A stretch of DNA of 64,000 bases from Candidatus Moraniibacteriota bacterium (GCA_028711705.1 JAQTRS010000003.1:27818-91817), one strand, 5' to 3'; positions 1 to 9,540 are shown, counted from the first letter of the stretch. Translations and numbers: made by a program. Notes: generated by a model from the letters alone, not told the origin.

Positions 1-717
1 AATCTGCACGCCGTCGACCTCGAAAAAGATCTGATTGTCCTCGAAAGCCAGCTTCACCTCTTTGCTTTCCGGACTAATCACGCGGGACACTTCCGAAAAG
101 GTCGCGGCCGGGATGATGCATGACCCTTGCGGAAACGATGAGGCGACGCTTGCGACATTGGCGCTATCCAGAGCGATCGTCTCTTCCGCCAAACGGAAGC
201 TGTCCGTCGCCGCCAGACACATCGAATTGTCCGAAAAAATGATATTCACGCCGGTCAATTCCAAGCGGGCCTCGTTGAGCGCGACACACGGTAAGAGCTT
301 CGCGAGCGTGGCGCGGAGCGGTTGTGCCGGGATATTGAGGAATTGCGTACCGTGATGCTGCGGGATAAGCGGGAATTCCTGTGCGTCCAATCCCTTGATT
401 TTCACCTGGTAACCGCCGCTGGAAATCTTCAACGACTGCCCCTCCGACTCCAAAACAATGGTATCGCCCGAGGGGAGATTGCTGATAAAATTGCTCATTA
501 GCTTGGCAGGGATGGTGATACGTCCATCAGACTCGATCTTGGCGCCCACGCGAGCGATCACCCCGATTTCCAAATTGGTGGCGGAAAGCTTCAACCGTCC
601 ATTCTCGGTCTCGAGCAAGAAGTTTCCCAAAATAGGCAGTGTGCTCTGCCGCCCGACAGCCCGCTCAGCCGCCGCTATCGCCTTTCGCAAATTTTCTTGT
701 GTGCAGATCAATTTCAT
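1..717 (-). CDS. dnaN: DNA polymerase III beta sliding clamp (runs off window start)
   Basis: Manual translation from ATG at 717: MKLICTQENLRKAIAAAERAVGRQSTLPILGNFLLETENGRLKLSATNLEIG...AQEFPLIP; directly downstream of dnaA. Confidence 0.96.
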   Translation of the reverse strand, partial: MKLICTQENLRKAIAAAERAVGRQSTLPILGNFLLETENGRLKLSATNLEIGVIARVGAKIESDGRITIPAKLMSNFISNLPSGDTIVLESEGQSLKISSGGYQVKIKGLDAQEFPLIPQHHGTQFLNIPAQPLRATLAKLLPCVALNEARLELTGVNIIFSDNSMCLAATDSFRLAEETIALDSANVASVASSFPQGSCIIPAATFSEVSRVISPESKEVKLAFEDNQIFFEVDGVQI

Positions 718-745
718 ATCGATATTTTTAACGTGTAATTCTTCC

Positions 746-864
746 GTTGTTTATGAAAGATGATGGTTTTTTGGAGGCCTGCGAGCCGCGACGGCGCGAG
801 TACGAGGAATTTTTTAGCAAAAAAATATCCGTACTCCAAAAAACCATCATCTTTCATAAACAAC
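746..864. repeat. Perfect 31-bp inverted repeat enclosing a 57-bp spacer
   Basis: GTTGTTTATGAAAGATGATGGTTTTTTGGAG (746-776) / CTCCAAAAAACCATCATCTTTCATAAACAAC (834-864). Confidence 0.9.
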
Positions 865-873
865 ATCCCCCCT

Positions 874-2325
874 CTATTCTCTATACAGCTTTTCCTTCAG
901 ACTGGTGATTTCCTCCTTGAGCCGCAGATTCTCATCCAGATCCTCCTTGATCTTCTCGCAGGCATGCAAAACCGTCGTATGATCGCGCCCACCGAAATAC
1001 TTCCCGATGGCTGCAAACGAGGTCTGCAGTTCCGAACGCATGAGATACATCCCCACCTGCCTCGGGTGCACCACTTCCTTCTTGCGACCCTTGCGCGTCA
1101 GGTCATCCTCTTCGATATTATAGAACTCGGCGGTCATCTTCATGATGCGTTCCGGACTGACGACGCGTTTGGTGTTCGCGATGATATTACCCAGCGTCTT
1201 TTTGATATACGAGATGGTCGGCGTAATCTTGTGGAATTCGCAGGAGGCGATGATGCGATTAAGCGCCCCCTCAAGCTCGCGGATATTATTGGTGACATTC
1301 TCGGCGATGAAACGCACCGCTTCGTCATCGAGATAAAAATGTCTCTCGGCTGTCTTGATTTTCAAGATAGCCATGCGTGTCTCAAGATCCGGACGCCCGA
1401 TATCCGCGATCATCCCCCCTTGAAAACGCGACCGCAAACGGTCCTCCAGCGTCGGGATGGCCTGTGGAGGCCGGTCGCTACTGAGTACGATCTGCTTATT
1501 GGCCTGATACAGGGTATTGAAAATATGGAAGAATTCATCCTGCGTCTTTTCTCGTCCCGAAAGGAACTGGATATCATCGATAATCAGAAGATCCGCTTTC
1601 TGATACGCCTCCTTGAACTCCGCAACTTTCTGATTGCGAATCGACTCCACCAATTCCCCGGTAAACCAATCGGCTGTTGTATACTTGATGCGTATATTCG
1701 GTTGCTGCCTTAAGACTTCATTGCCAACAGATTGCAAAAGATGTGTCTTACCCAAACCCACGCCTCCGTAAATGAAAATCGGGTTGTAGAGTTGTCCCAA
1801 ATTTTGCGAGACGGCATAGCACGCAGCACGTGCCAGCTCATTGTTTTCACCCACGATGAAATTTTCAAACGTATAGCGCGGATTGAGCGCATGTTCTTGC
1901 TTCGCTTTCGGCATTGCCTGTAAAGGATGCGCTTGTGGCGGATAGTACGGCACGGATGCTCCGGGCGGATACGTCGGCGGCGGCTGCGATGAGGATTGCT
2001 GTTGCAAGGAAACTCCCTGCACCGATGAAAATCCGGTCTGGGTCTGGGTGAATTGTTGCCCCTGCGCCGCTTTTTGTTCCGGCGCATTGATGACGCAGGA
2101 AAATTCCGAGATATCGCTTTGCAGGTGCCGCAAAGACTGCAGGATATGCATATTCACCTTATTCTCAAGCCATTCCCTGGCAAAACCGCTCGGGACACCG
2201 ATAACCACACGCCCATCCTGATTGGAAACGATGGAAGTGTTTTTAAACCACGTATTGAATTCTCCTTTGGATATGGAAAGTTCCAATTCTCCCAAAACCG
2301 CTTTCCACAGCTCTTCGTTATTCAT
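874..2325 (-). CDS. dnaA: Chromosomal replication initiator DnaA
   Basis: LNPRYTFENF, Walker A GGVGLGKT, LLIIDDIQF, NNIRELEGAL, GGRDHTTVLHA. Confidence 0.99.
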   Translation of the reverse strand: MNNEELWKAVLGELELSISKGEFNTWFKNTSIVSNQDGRVVIGVPSGFAREWLENKVNMHILQSLRHLQSDISEFSCVINAPEQKAAQGQQFTQTQTGFSSVQGVSLQQQSSSQPPPTYPPGASVPYYPPQAHPLQAMPKAKQEHALNPRYTFENFIVGENNELARAACYAVSQNLGQLYNPIFIYGGVGLGKTHLLQSVGNEVLRQQPNIRIKYTTADWFTGELVESIRNQKVAEFKEAYQKADLLIIDDIQFLSGREKTQDEFFHIFNTLYQANKQIVLSSDRPPQAIPTLEDRLRSRFQGGMIADIGRPDLETRMAILKIKTAERHFYLDDEAVRFIAENVTNNIRELEGALNRIIASCEFHKITPTISYIKKTLGNIIANTKRVVSPERIMKMTAEFYNIEEDDLTRKGRKKEVVHPRQVGMYLMRSELQTSFAAIGKYFGGRDHTTVLHACEKIKEDLDENLRLKEEITSLKEKLYRE

Positions 2326-2392
2326 AAATTGAGCATTTTTTCCTTTAGTATATGGATTATATCATAGTGGAAAAACAAAGAATAGGGGTGTA

Positions 2393-2433
2393 TGTGGATA
2401 ACTTGTGCACAAGCTCATGCCTCTTGTGGATAA
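2393..2433. promoter_or_regulatory. DnaA boxes upstream of dnaA (probable autoregulation)
   Basis: TGTGGATAA 2393-2401, TGTGCACAA 2404-2412, TGTGGATAA 2425-2433. Confidence 0.85.
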
Positions 2434-2564
2434 CTTGAAAGAATTTCCTTCGATTAGGTATAATTCCCGTCATGAACACAGGCGACGCATACCAGAGCAG
2501 CGCCCGATACGGCAGAGAACATCAGTCATGCAGACACCGAAAGGGAAGGCGCGCGAAGTTTTAT

Positions 2565-2592
2565 TTGACTTTTTTGGCTTTATTGGTATACT
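2565..2592 (+). promoter_or_regulatory. Sigma70-type promoter of rpmH operon
   Basis: TTGACT-16 bp-TATACT. Confidence 0.7.
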
Positions 2593-2632
2593 GAGTACTA
2601 CATTGTTAAATAGCGTATAACCCTCATTTTTT

Positions 2633-2770
2633 ATGCCGAAGAGAACGTTTCAGCCAAAGAGCCTTAAGCGAAAGAAGCAGCACGGCTTCCGTGAGCGCAT
2701 GTCCACCAAAAACGGGCAGAACATCATCAAAAGCCGCCGCGCTCAGGGACGCAAGAAACTCACCGCTTAG
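2633..2770 (+). CDS. rpmH: 50S ribosomal protein L34 (below ORF-track cutoff)
   Basis: [45 protein letters not shown]. Confidence 0.98.
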   Translation: MPKRTFQPKSLKRKKQHGFRERMSTKNGQNIIKSRRAQGRKKLTA

Positions 2771-2785
2771 TTTTCTCTCACTGCC

Positions 2786-3136
2786 ATGCTGCCAGCATCC
2801 TCTCGATTGTCGCACAAAAAGGCTTTCGCCATAGTGTTCAAAGAAGGACAGTACGCGGCACACGGCGCTCTTTCCATCAAATGGCGATCAACCCACCCCT
2901 CGCAGACCAGGGTGGGTTTTATTGCGAACAAGAAAAACTTCACAAAAGCGCGCGCGCGCAATCGCGCCAAGCGGCTTCTGCGCGAAGCTACGCGCCCTCT
3001 GCTCTTTCAATTACGGCCCGGTTTTGATATCATTATCTTGTATCGCTACAAACCGGAGCAACTTGACCTTGATACGGTAGCAGGCATGCTCCGGATGCTT
3101 TTGGAAAAAAATAATCTCTTACAAAAAATCTCATGA
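2786..3136 (+). CDS. rnpA: Ribonuclease P protein component
   Basis: RVGFIANKKNFTKARARNRAKRLLRE (RNR motif); follows rpmH. Confidence 0.95.
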   Translation: MLPASSRLSHKKAFAIVFKEGQYAAHGALSIKWRSTHPSQTRVGFIANKKNFTKARARNRAKRLLREATRPLLFQLRPGFDIIILYRYKPEQLDLDTVAGMLRMLLEKNNLLQKIS

Positions 3137-3864
3137 TGGCTTTTTTTGATACCCTTGTCTATAACCCTATCTATAATGTCCTGATCTTCCTCTACAACAC
3201 CGTTCCGGGGCAGGATTTCGGTATCGCCATCATCCTCACCACACTCGTCCTGAAGTTCATACTTTTGCCGCTCTCCAAGCAACAGATCGAATCCCAAAAG
3301 AAGATGCAGGAACTCCAGCCGAAAATCAAGGATCTGCAACAAAAATACAAAGATGACAAAGAAAAGCAGACCCGCGCTGTCATGGAGTTCTACAAAGAAA
3401 ACAAAGTCAATCCTCTTGCGGGCTGCCTCCCGCTCATCGTGCAGTTAACCTTTCTTATCGCTATCTACCGCGTCCTTATCAATGTCTCCACAGCTGGACT
3501 TCTGGTAGAAGATATCAATCTCTATTCATTCGTCGCCAACCCCGGACAAATCAACCATCTCTTCATCAGCATCGTCGATCTTACCAAACCGAATTACCTC
3601 TTCGCGGTATTGGCCGCTGCCGCCCAGTATTATCAGACGAAAATCATGATAGCCCGCCAACCTAAGGCCGAACAAAAAGAAGGTGAGGCACCGGATTTCG
3701 CAACCATCATGACCAAGCAGATGCTTGTCATCGGACCACTCCTCACATTGTTCATCGGTTTCACATTTCCTGCAGGACTCTCGCTCTACTGGCTCATTTC
3801 CACCCTGTTTATGATCGTACAGCAAGAATATATTTTAAAGACGGCTCATCCGGTTAAGAACTAA
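3133..3864 (+). CDS. yidC: Membrane protein insertase YidC/Oxa1 (short form)
   Basis: MQELQPKIKDLQQKY, NPLAGCLP, PAGLSLYW. Confidence 0.96.
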   Translation: MMAFFDTLVYNPIYNVLIFLYNTVPGQDFGIAIILTTLVLKFILLPLSKQQIESQKKMQELQPKIKDLQQKYKDDKEKQTRAVMEFYKENKVNPLAGCLPLIVQLTFLIAIYRVLINVSTAGLLVEDINLYSFVANPGQINHLFISIVDLTKPNYLFAVLAAAAQYYQTKIMIARQPKAEQKEGEAPDFATIMTKQMLVIGPLLTLFIGFTFPAGLSLYWLISTLFMIVQQEYILKTAHPVKN

Positions 3865-3874
3865 GCACAATACT

Positions 3875-4351
3875 ATGGATATCACTAAAGCAACCCGCAT
3901 ACAGGAAATGACTCAGGCCGTCGTCGAGCACATGGGATTTCATACGCAGGTTACCCTGCGGGAGCCGGTGTGCGAAGGACAAGGGGATTTCATCTGCAAT
4001 ATCCGCGTCGAGGGGGATTCCAATCTTTTGATCGGCCAGCACGGGGTCAACCTCCAAGCTCTCCAGCATCTCATTAGGCTGCTTGCCAAGAAAGAGTTCC
4101 AAGAAAACATCGTCTTTTCTCTGGATGTCAACTCATACTGGGAACAAAAGAGTCAGGCGCTCGTCAAAGAAGCCCATCAAGCGGCACAGACAGCCATCCA
4201 AACCAATGCCGCCGTTACCTTACGACCGATGGCCGGCTATGAACGGAAAATCATCCATGCCGAGCTCGCGCTCATCAAAGAAGTGGCCACCGAAAGCACC
4301 GGGGCCAATGAGAATCGCAAGGTGATCGTCAAACCGGCCATCGCCGCCTAA
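3875..4351 (+). CDS. jag: Jag/KhpB RNA-binding protein (KH + R3H)
   Basis: LLIGQHGVNLQALQ, PMAGYERKIIH; synteny after yidC. Confidence 0.9.
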   Translation: MDITKATRIQEMTQAVVEHMGFHTQVTLREPVCEGQGDFICNIRVEGDSNLLIGQHGVNLQALQHLIRLLAKKEFQENIVFSLDVNSYWEQKSQALVKEAHQAAQTAIQTNAAVTLRPMAGYERKIIHAELALIKEVATESTGANENRKVIVKPAIAA

Positions 4352-4427
4352 AGCGCTTTCTTTCTGAAGGAATCCTTGATACAATACCGGTACCAAGGAT
4401 TTTTTCATTTCCACATCGGTCTCACGG

Positions 4428-4543
4428 GGTTTTAGAATTCGAGTGCAGTTCTAGGCGCAATCGAGGAGCGGAGTAAGACGTACACGGGGTACGTCGTCGA
4501 GCACCGGAGCTTGCAACGACGAAATGTGCCGAATTCTAAAACC
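4428..4543 (+). repeat. Dispersed structured element, copy A
   Basis: 14-bp terminal IR GGTTTTAGAATTCG/CGAATTCTAAAACC; core matches the reverse complement of 54260-54384. Confidence 0.85.
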
Positions 4544-4554
4544 TCTATCACTCT

Positions 4555-6003
4555 ATGGCACTTGCCGGAAGAATCGCCTATAATGTCGTCTTCAATGCTG
4601 TCGCGAAAGTCATCTCGACGGCTTTGGCGTTGGTAGCTATCGGATTTATCACACGTTATCTGGGTAAGGATGGTTTCGGCAACTATGCCACCATGCTCGC
4701 GTTTTTCGCGTTTTTCAACGCCATAGGAGACCTTGGCCTCCAATCGGTCACGGCCCGAGAAATATCGCGCGAAGGAGCCAAAGAGAGTCATATCATGAGC
4801 AATGTGCTGACACTGCGTCTTGCCATTTCTTTGCTTATCCTCGTCCTCACGCCAGCTCTTGCCTTCTTTCTCCCCTACTCGGTCGATCTTAAATTCGCCA
4901 TTATCGTCGCAGCCCTCGCCTTCGTTTTCTCCTCTGTTTCCATGACCCTCAACGGTATCTTCCAAAAGCACCTGGCCATGGATAAAGTGGCCACTATCGA
5001 ACTTGGCGGCAAGCTCGTGCAGCTTAGCATCATCATCATCGCCGTACAAAAGGATCTCGGCTTCATGACCATCGCGCTCGCCCTCCTGAGTTACATGATG
5101 TTCAATGCGCTCGCCGTTTTCTTCATAAGCCGCAACTATTTTTCCTTTTCCTTCCAGTGCGACTGGGCATACTGGAAAGGATTCCTCAAGCAGTCCATCC
5201 CGCTCGGCATCGCCTCCGTCATCGGTTTCGCGTACTTCAAGGCCGACACCATCATGCTCTCGTTTCTGAAATCCAGCGCCGATGTCGGTATCTATAATGT
5301 CGCCTACAAGGTTATCGAGAACCTCATCTTCTTTCCTGCCATGGTCGCCGGACTCGTTTTGCCGCTCCTCTCCCGTTTCATCTTCACGGAACGCGCTAAG
5401 TTCGACCTCATCGCCAACAAGACTTTCAAGGTCTTTCTTGTACTCGTCGTGCCGCTCGTCATCGGGGTATTTTCCTTGGCACCGCAAATCGTGGGTATCA
5501 TCGGAGGGGCCGGATTTCCCGAATCGGCCGCTATCTTGCGCACCCTTATTTTCTCCCTCGCCTTCATTTTCTTCGGTCAATTCTTCAATACCATCGTGGT
5601 GGTCAGTAACCTCCAAGGCAAGCTCATGAACGCCTTCATCCTCGCGGCCATCATCAACATCTCGCTCAACCTACTGCTCATCCCCCGGTATTCCTACACA
5701 GGAGCTGCCTTCACCTCCGTCCTGACAGAAATGGTCGTCGTCGCCTGCTCGTTCCTGATCGTCTACAGACACACGCATTATCGGCCGACCATCACTAATT
5801 TGTGGTCCATTGCCCTCTCCGGGGCGCTTATGGGACTCTACCTATGGTTTTTCTCATCCCTTCACCTTGCCCTCCTCATCCTCGGCAGCATCGCCATCTA
5901 CCTTAGCTCGCTGTGGATGACCGACGCCATCGAAAAAGAGGAAATCCTCCAAGTCCTTGCCGGCTCAAAATTCGCCCGAAACAACGGTGCCATCGTTGAA
6001 TAA
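4555..6003 (+). CDS. Polysaccharide flippase (Wzx/MOP superfamily)
   Basis: TRYLGKDGFGNY, DLGL, DTIMLS...VGIYNVAYK, LLIPRYSYTGAA; many TM helices. Confidence 0.9.
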   Translation: MALAGRIAYNVVFNAVAKVISTALALVAIGFITRYLGKDGFGNYATMLAFFAFFNAIGDLGLQSVTAREISREGAKESHIMSNVLTLRLAISLLILVLTPALAFFLPYSVDLKFAIIVAALAFVFSSVSMTLNGIFQKHLAMDKVATIELGGKLVQLSIIIIAVQKDLGFMTIALALLSYMMFNALAVFFISRNYFSFSFQCDWAYWKGFLKQSIPLGIASVIGFAYFKADTIMLSFLKSSADVGIYNVAYKVIENLIFFPAMVAGLVLPLLSRFIFTERAKFDLIANKTFKVFLVLVVPLVIGVFSLAPQIVGIIGGAGFPESAAILRTLIFSLAFIFFGQFFNTIVVVSNLQGKLMNAFILAAIINISLNLLLIPRYSYTGAAFTSVLTEMVVVACSFLIVYRHTHYRPTITNLWSIALSGALMGLYLWFFSSLHLALLILGSIAIYLSSLWMTDAIEKEEILQVLAGSKFARNNGAIVE

Positions 6004-6013
6004 TAATCAAGTT

Positions 6014-6454
6014 ATGCCTCTGGATTTCTTTTCGAAAACACCTGTGTCAAACGCCCTGCCAGATGGGATGCGCCACATTATAGATGAGCTTAAACAGTCA
6101 GCCTCTCAAGAGGAGTGTTTGAAAAAGGCATACGTGATTCTCACGAAAAAATACCACGGCGAACGAATAAGGACATATAGAAACCTGTTCGATATTTTCA
6201 AACGAGACTTGGACACGCTTTGGAATAAGAGTGGCTTCCTTCATTGCACCAACATCAACTACCTTCTACGGACACTTCTTGTGCAAAGCGCATTTTTCAC
6301 TGAAGATGACATCCGCTTGAAATGGACGCTTGTCTGGTATGTCTCGCCGCATCAATACCTGCAAGTGCTGGTCGGGTCCGAATGGATCAATGTCGACATC
6401 TGGGCACATGCCTATGGTATCGGTTTCGGCGATAATGCATGCGGATTCCACTGA
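6014..6454 (+). CDS. Transglutaminase-like domain protein
   Basis: Putative Cys-His-Asp triad: FLHCTNINYLL, PHQYLQV, WINVDIW; ATG at 6014 preferred over the ORF-track start. Confidence 0.6.
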   Translation: MPLDFFSKTPVSNALPDGMRHIIDELKQSASQEECLKKAYVILTKKYHGERIRTYRNLFDIFKRDLDTLWNKSGFLHCTNINYLLRTLLVQSAFFTEDDIRLKWTLVWYVSPHQYLQVLVGSEWINVDIWAHAYGIGFGDNACGFH

Positions 6455-6552
6455 GTCGCTTACACACTTTTGGCCGCAGACACACCCTGCGGCCTTTTTG
6501 CATCCATCCTGAAATGCTATACTGAAGATATTATCCAACAGTCTGCTTTTTT

Positions 6553-7407
6553 ATGCATCAACCCAAAGTTTTCATTCTCATCCTCAATTACAACGGCAAA
6601 GCGACGCTCAAACAATGTCTCCAATCCATCTACCAGCTCAACTATCCCGATTTCGAGGTCGTGGTGATCGATAACGATTCCAAAGACGGATCACTCGAGA
6701 AAATCAAACATGCCTATTCTCGCGCACACTTCATCAAAAACGACGCCAATCTCGGCTTTGCGGCCGGCAATAATGTCGGTATCCGTTTTGCACTCGAGAA
6801 AGGCGCCGACTATGTCTGGCTCGTCAACAACGACGCGAAAGTCGAGAAAGACTCGCTTGCAAAACTCATCGATGCCGGCGAGCAGCGCCCCAAGGCAGGC
6901 ATCCTCAGTCCGCTCATCCTTCACACCGAAACGAAGAATATCTGGTTCGGCAAAGGCATCATCGATTGGGTATCCATGAAAACCCTTCACATCAGCCCGC
7001 CCACGCTCCTACAATCCTTCACTTCGGAATATATCTGCGGCTGCGCCATGCTCATCAAAAAAGACGTCTTCAAAAAAATCGGCCTCCTCAGCGAGAAGTA
7101 CTTCCTTTACTACGAGGATGCCGACTTCAGCGTCAAGGCATCACGCGCCGGCTTCGAACTCTGGACCATACCCACCGCCCATGTCCTTCACGCCGAGGCT
7201 TCCGAAAACAATCCCGAAAAAACCTATTGGCTGGTCATTTCCGGCTTACAATTCTTTCACGAAAACACCCCTTCCCACCTCAAGCCATGGGTCGCCCTCT
7301 ATTTCCAAGCCCGCCGCATCAAAAATTATTTCGACTGCGCTTCTGGGAAAAACCCCATCGCCAAAGAAGTAGCCCGCGCCTATCGGGATTATCTTGCGCA
7401 TGTATGA
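6553..7407 (+). CDS. Glycosyltransferase family 2
   Basis: ILNYNG, IDNDSKDGS, NLGFAAGNN, VNND, FLYYEDAD. Confidence 0.93.
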   Translation: MHQPKVFILILNYNGKATLKQCLQSIYQLNYPDFEVVVIDNDSKDGSLEKIKHAYSRAHFIKNDANLGFAAGNNVGIRFALEKGADYVWLVNNDAKVEKDSLAKLIDAGEQRPKAGILSPLILHTETKNIWFGKGIIDWVSMKTLHISPPTLLQSFTSEYICGCAMLIKKDVFKKIGLLSEKYFLYYEDADFSVKASRAGFELWTIPTAHVLHAEASENNPEKTYWLVISGLQFFHENTPSHLKPWVALYFQARRIKNYFDCASGKNPIAKEVARAYRDYLAHV

Positions 7408-8195
7408 ATTCCCTCTTTTCCTTCATCGTCATCAATTTCAAGAGCGCTCACTTGCTTTCTGATTGGTTCGCATCGCTTTCCAAAACCGGACTTTCTTCCA
7501 ATGAATATGAAATCATCATCGTCAATAACGACTTGAGCGAAGCAGAAAAACTTGACACACTCAATCAACAACACCAATTCAAACTCATCCATGCAAAAAG
7601 CAATATCGGTTTCGGGGCGGCCTGCAACCTCGGGGCAACCGTCGCTACCGGTGAAATACTCGGATTCATCAATCCCGACACGGAATTCCTCAGCGGCGAC
7701 CTGCACCTACTCTATGATCGATTCCTCAACAACTCTTCATTGGGCATCATCGGCCTCAAACTTCTCACCCAGCAAGGCTTGGTTCAAGAGTGGAGTGTCG
7801 GAACACGGATCACTCTCTGGGACATCATCAACAACAACCTCGGATTCCCGAAAAGCAAGCTGCTTTGGGAGAGTCAAAAACCGATTGGGGTTGATTGGGT
7901 CAGCGGCGCCTCACTTTTCATACCAAAAACACTATTTCAAGAAGTCAACGGCTTCGACGAAGATTTTTTCCTCTACTTCGAAGATACCGATCTCTGTGAA
8001 CGCGTTCGATTGGAAGGAAAATCCATCCTCTATTTCCCGCCCATCTCCCTTCAACACCTCTGTGGTCACAGCGCCCCGTCACATAAGCAGCAAAAAGAAT
8101 ATTTTTACACTTCCCAAGACATCTACTTCGCCAAACACCGTCCGAAATGGGAAGGTTGGTGCGTAAAGATATTGAGAAGAATTTTTTTCCTCTAG
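7404..8195 (+). CDS. Glycosyltransferase family 2
   Basis: Start MNSLFSF overlaps the previous stop (ATGA); NIGFGAACNLG, INPD, DWVSGA, FFLYFEDTD. Confidence 0.92.
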   Translation: MNSLFSFIVINFKSAHLLSDWFASLSKTGLSSNEYEIIIVNNDLSEAEKLDTLNQQHQFKLIHAKSNIGFGAACNLGATVATGEILGFINPDTEFLSGDLHLLYDRFLNNSSLGIIGLKLLTQQGLVQEWSVGTRITLWDIINNNLGFPKSKLLWESQKPIGVDWVSGASLFIPKTLFQEVNGFDEDFFLYFEDTDLCERVRLEGKSILYFPPISLQHLCGHSAPSHKQQKEYFYTSQDIYFAKHRPKWEGWCVKILRRIFFL

Positions 8196-8198
8196 ATT

Positions 8199-9452
8199 AT
8201 GCTCACTATCATCTCCCTTCTTTACCTTCTTCTTCCCTTCCAGATAGCGCTCAGCCCGTCCGCGTCTTTCGATGTGGCCTCGGTGCGGATCATCATCCCG
8301 CTGATCGTGATAACGTGGCTTATCAAAAGCCTGATTACCAAAAAACTCTGGGTGTCTTCGCGCATCCAGACGCCGCTTCTGCTATCATTCCTTTTTTTAA
8401 GCACGCTTTCACTTATCAGTGCGCAGGAAATTTCCTGGGGACTGCGCAAGCTCCTGTTCCTCCTTTCTTTTTTCCCGCTCTACTTTGTCCTCACCGCCAT
8501 CCTCGATACGCACGAAAAGGTTAGGAGCTTAATGAAATATGTCGTTTTGGGGTCCTTCGCCCTCGCCATAACCGGCATCGTCCAATTCCTCCTCCAATTC
8601 CTCTTCCCGCTAGGCGTCCTCTTCCGTTTTTGGACGAGCCACCTACTCCCTTTGTTTCTCGGCGACGCTTTCGCGCAATCCGTCGCAAATTATCCGAGTA
8701 TATTCGTCGATATCGGCGGCCACACCCTGATGCGTGCAGTAGCGATATTTCCGGATCCGCATATGCTTTCTTTTTATCTCGGAATGACGGCGCCGCTCGC
8801 CATCGGACTCGCGCTTACGCATTCTCATAAAAAATACTTTTTCTTTTTCATTGCGGCCGCCCTTCTTGTGGCGGACCTTCTGACATTCTCCCGCGGTGGA
8901 TATCTTGGTATAATCGGTGGATTACTTTTCCTCTTCATCCTTCAGTTCCGTACGTGGGCGCCGCGCACCAAAAAAACCACACTCGCATTGCTTATCGCGA
9001 GCGCCTTTGTCATATTTTCCAGCCCGATTGGCACTCGACTGATCTCAAGCTTCAATACGAAAGAGGGCTCCAATCAGGGACGGATCGAAATGTGGCGGGC
9101 CGCGACCGATATCATCAAAGAGTATCCATTTTTCGGTGTGGGTACCGGCAATTACTCCCTCGCCGTAAAACCCAGCGCAAGCTATCGCGACCCGATTTAT
9201 GCTCACAACCTTTTCCTGGATATCGCGGCCGAAACTGGCATTGCCAATGCATTGATTTTCCTCTCACTCATTCTTGTATCCCTCTTTTCACTCTACAAAA
9301 ATAGCCTCACGCAAAGATTCTATCTTTGGCCAGCCCTTTCCATTATCATCTTTACCGTCCATTCCCTCGTCGAAACCCCGCTCTACTCCGTGCACATCCT
9401 CCCACTTTTTATCTTCCTCATCGCTCTTAATACCATAAAAAACACCGACTGA
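8199..9452 (+). CDS. O-antigen ligase family (Wzy_C) membrane protein
   Basis: RAVAIFPDPH, TFSRGG, RIEMW...FGVGTGN, AHNLFL. Confidence 0.88.
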   Translation: MLTIISLLYLLLPFQIALSPSASFDVASVRIIIPLIVITWLIKSLITKKLWVSSRIQTPLLLSFLFLSTLSLISAQEISWGLRKLLFLLSFFPLYFVLTAILDTHEKVRSLMKYVVLGSFALAITGIVQFLLQFLFPLGVLFRFWTSHLLPLFLGDAFAQSVANYPSIFVDIGGHTLMRAVAIFPDPHMLSFYLGMTAPLAIGLALTHSHKKYFFFFIAAALLVADLLTFSRGGYLGIIGGLLFLFILQFRTWAPRTKKTTLALLIASAFVIFSSPIGTRLISSFNTKEGSNQGRIEMWRAATDIIKEYPFFGVGTGNYSLAVKPSASYRDPIYAHNLFLDIAAETGIANALIFLSLILVSLFSLYKNSLTQRFYLWPALSIIIFTVHSLVETPLYSVHILPLFIFLIALNTIKNTD

Positions 9453-9462
9453 AACTCAAAAA

Positions 9463-9540
9463 AGAATGTGCTTCGGATCTTGGGGAGTGGCTGTTTGGCG
9501 TACTCGGCAAGGCCGCGGAACAAGATCTGAAGCACATTCT
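9463..9540. repeat. 20-bp inverted repeat with 38-nt GC-rich loop
   Basis: AGAATGTGCTTCGGATCTTG / CAAGATCTGAAGCACATTCT (one G-U). Confidence 0.75.

Noticed and set aside
760-1713. 317-aa + strand ORF
   Set aside because: Antisense shadow of dnaA.
2326-2632. dnaA-rpmH intergenic region as oriC
   Set aside because: Only three boxes and no visible skew change; the 34.5-34.9 kb region has more boxes, an unwinding element, the skew flip and nearby parS.
4432-5616. 394-aa - strand ORF
   Set aside because: Antisense shadow of the flippase gene. The same applies to 36846-37628, 56800-57387 and 59038-59895 over their real genes.
6966-7403. N-terminal extension of the second GT2 in the ORF track
   Set aside because: Overlaps the first GT2 out of frame; the ATGA-coupled start at 7404 is far more plausible.
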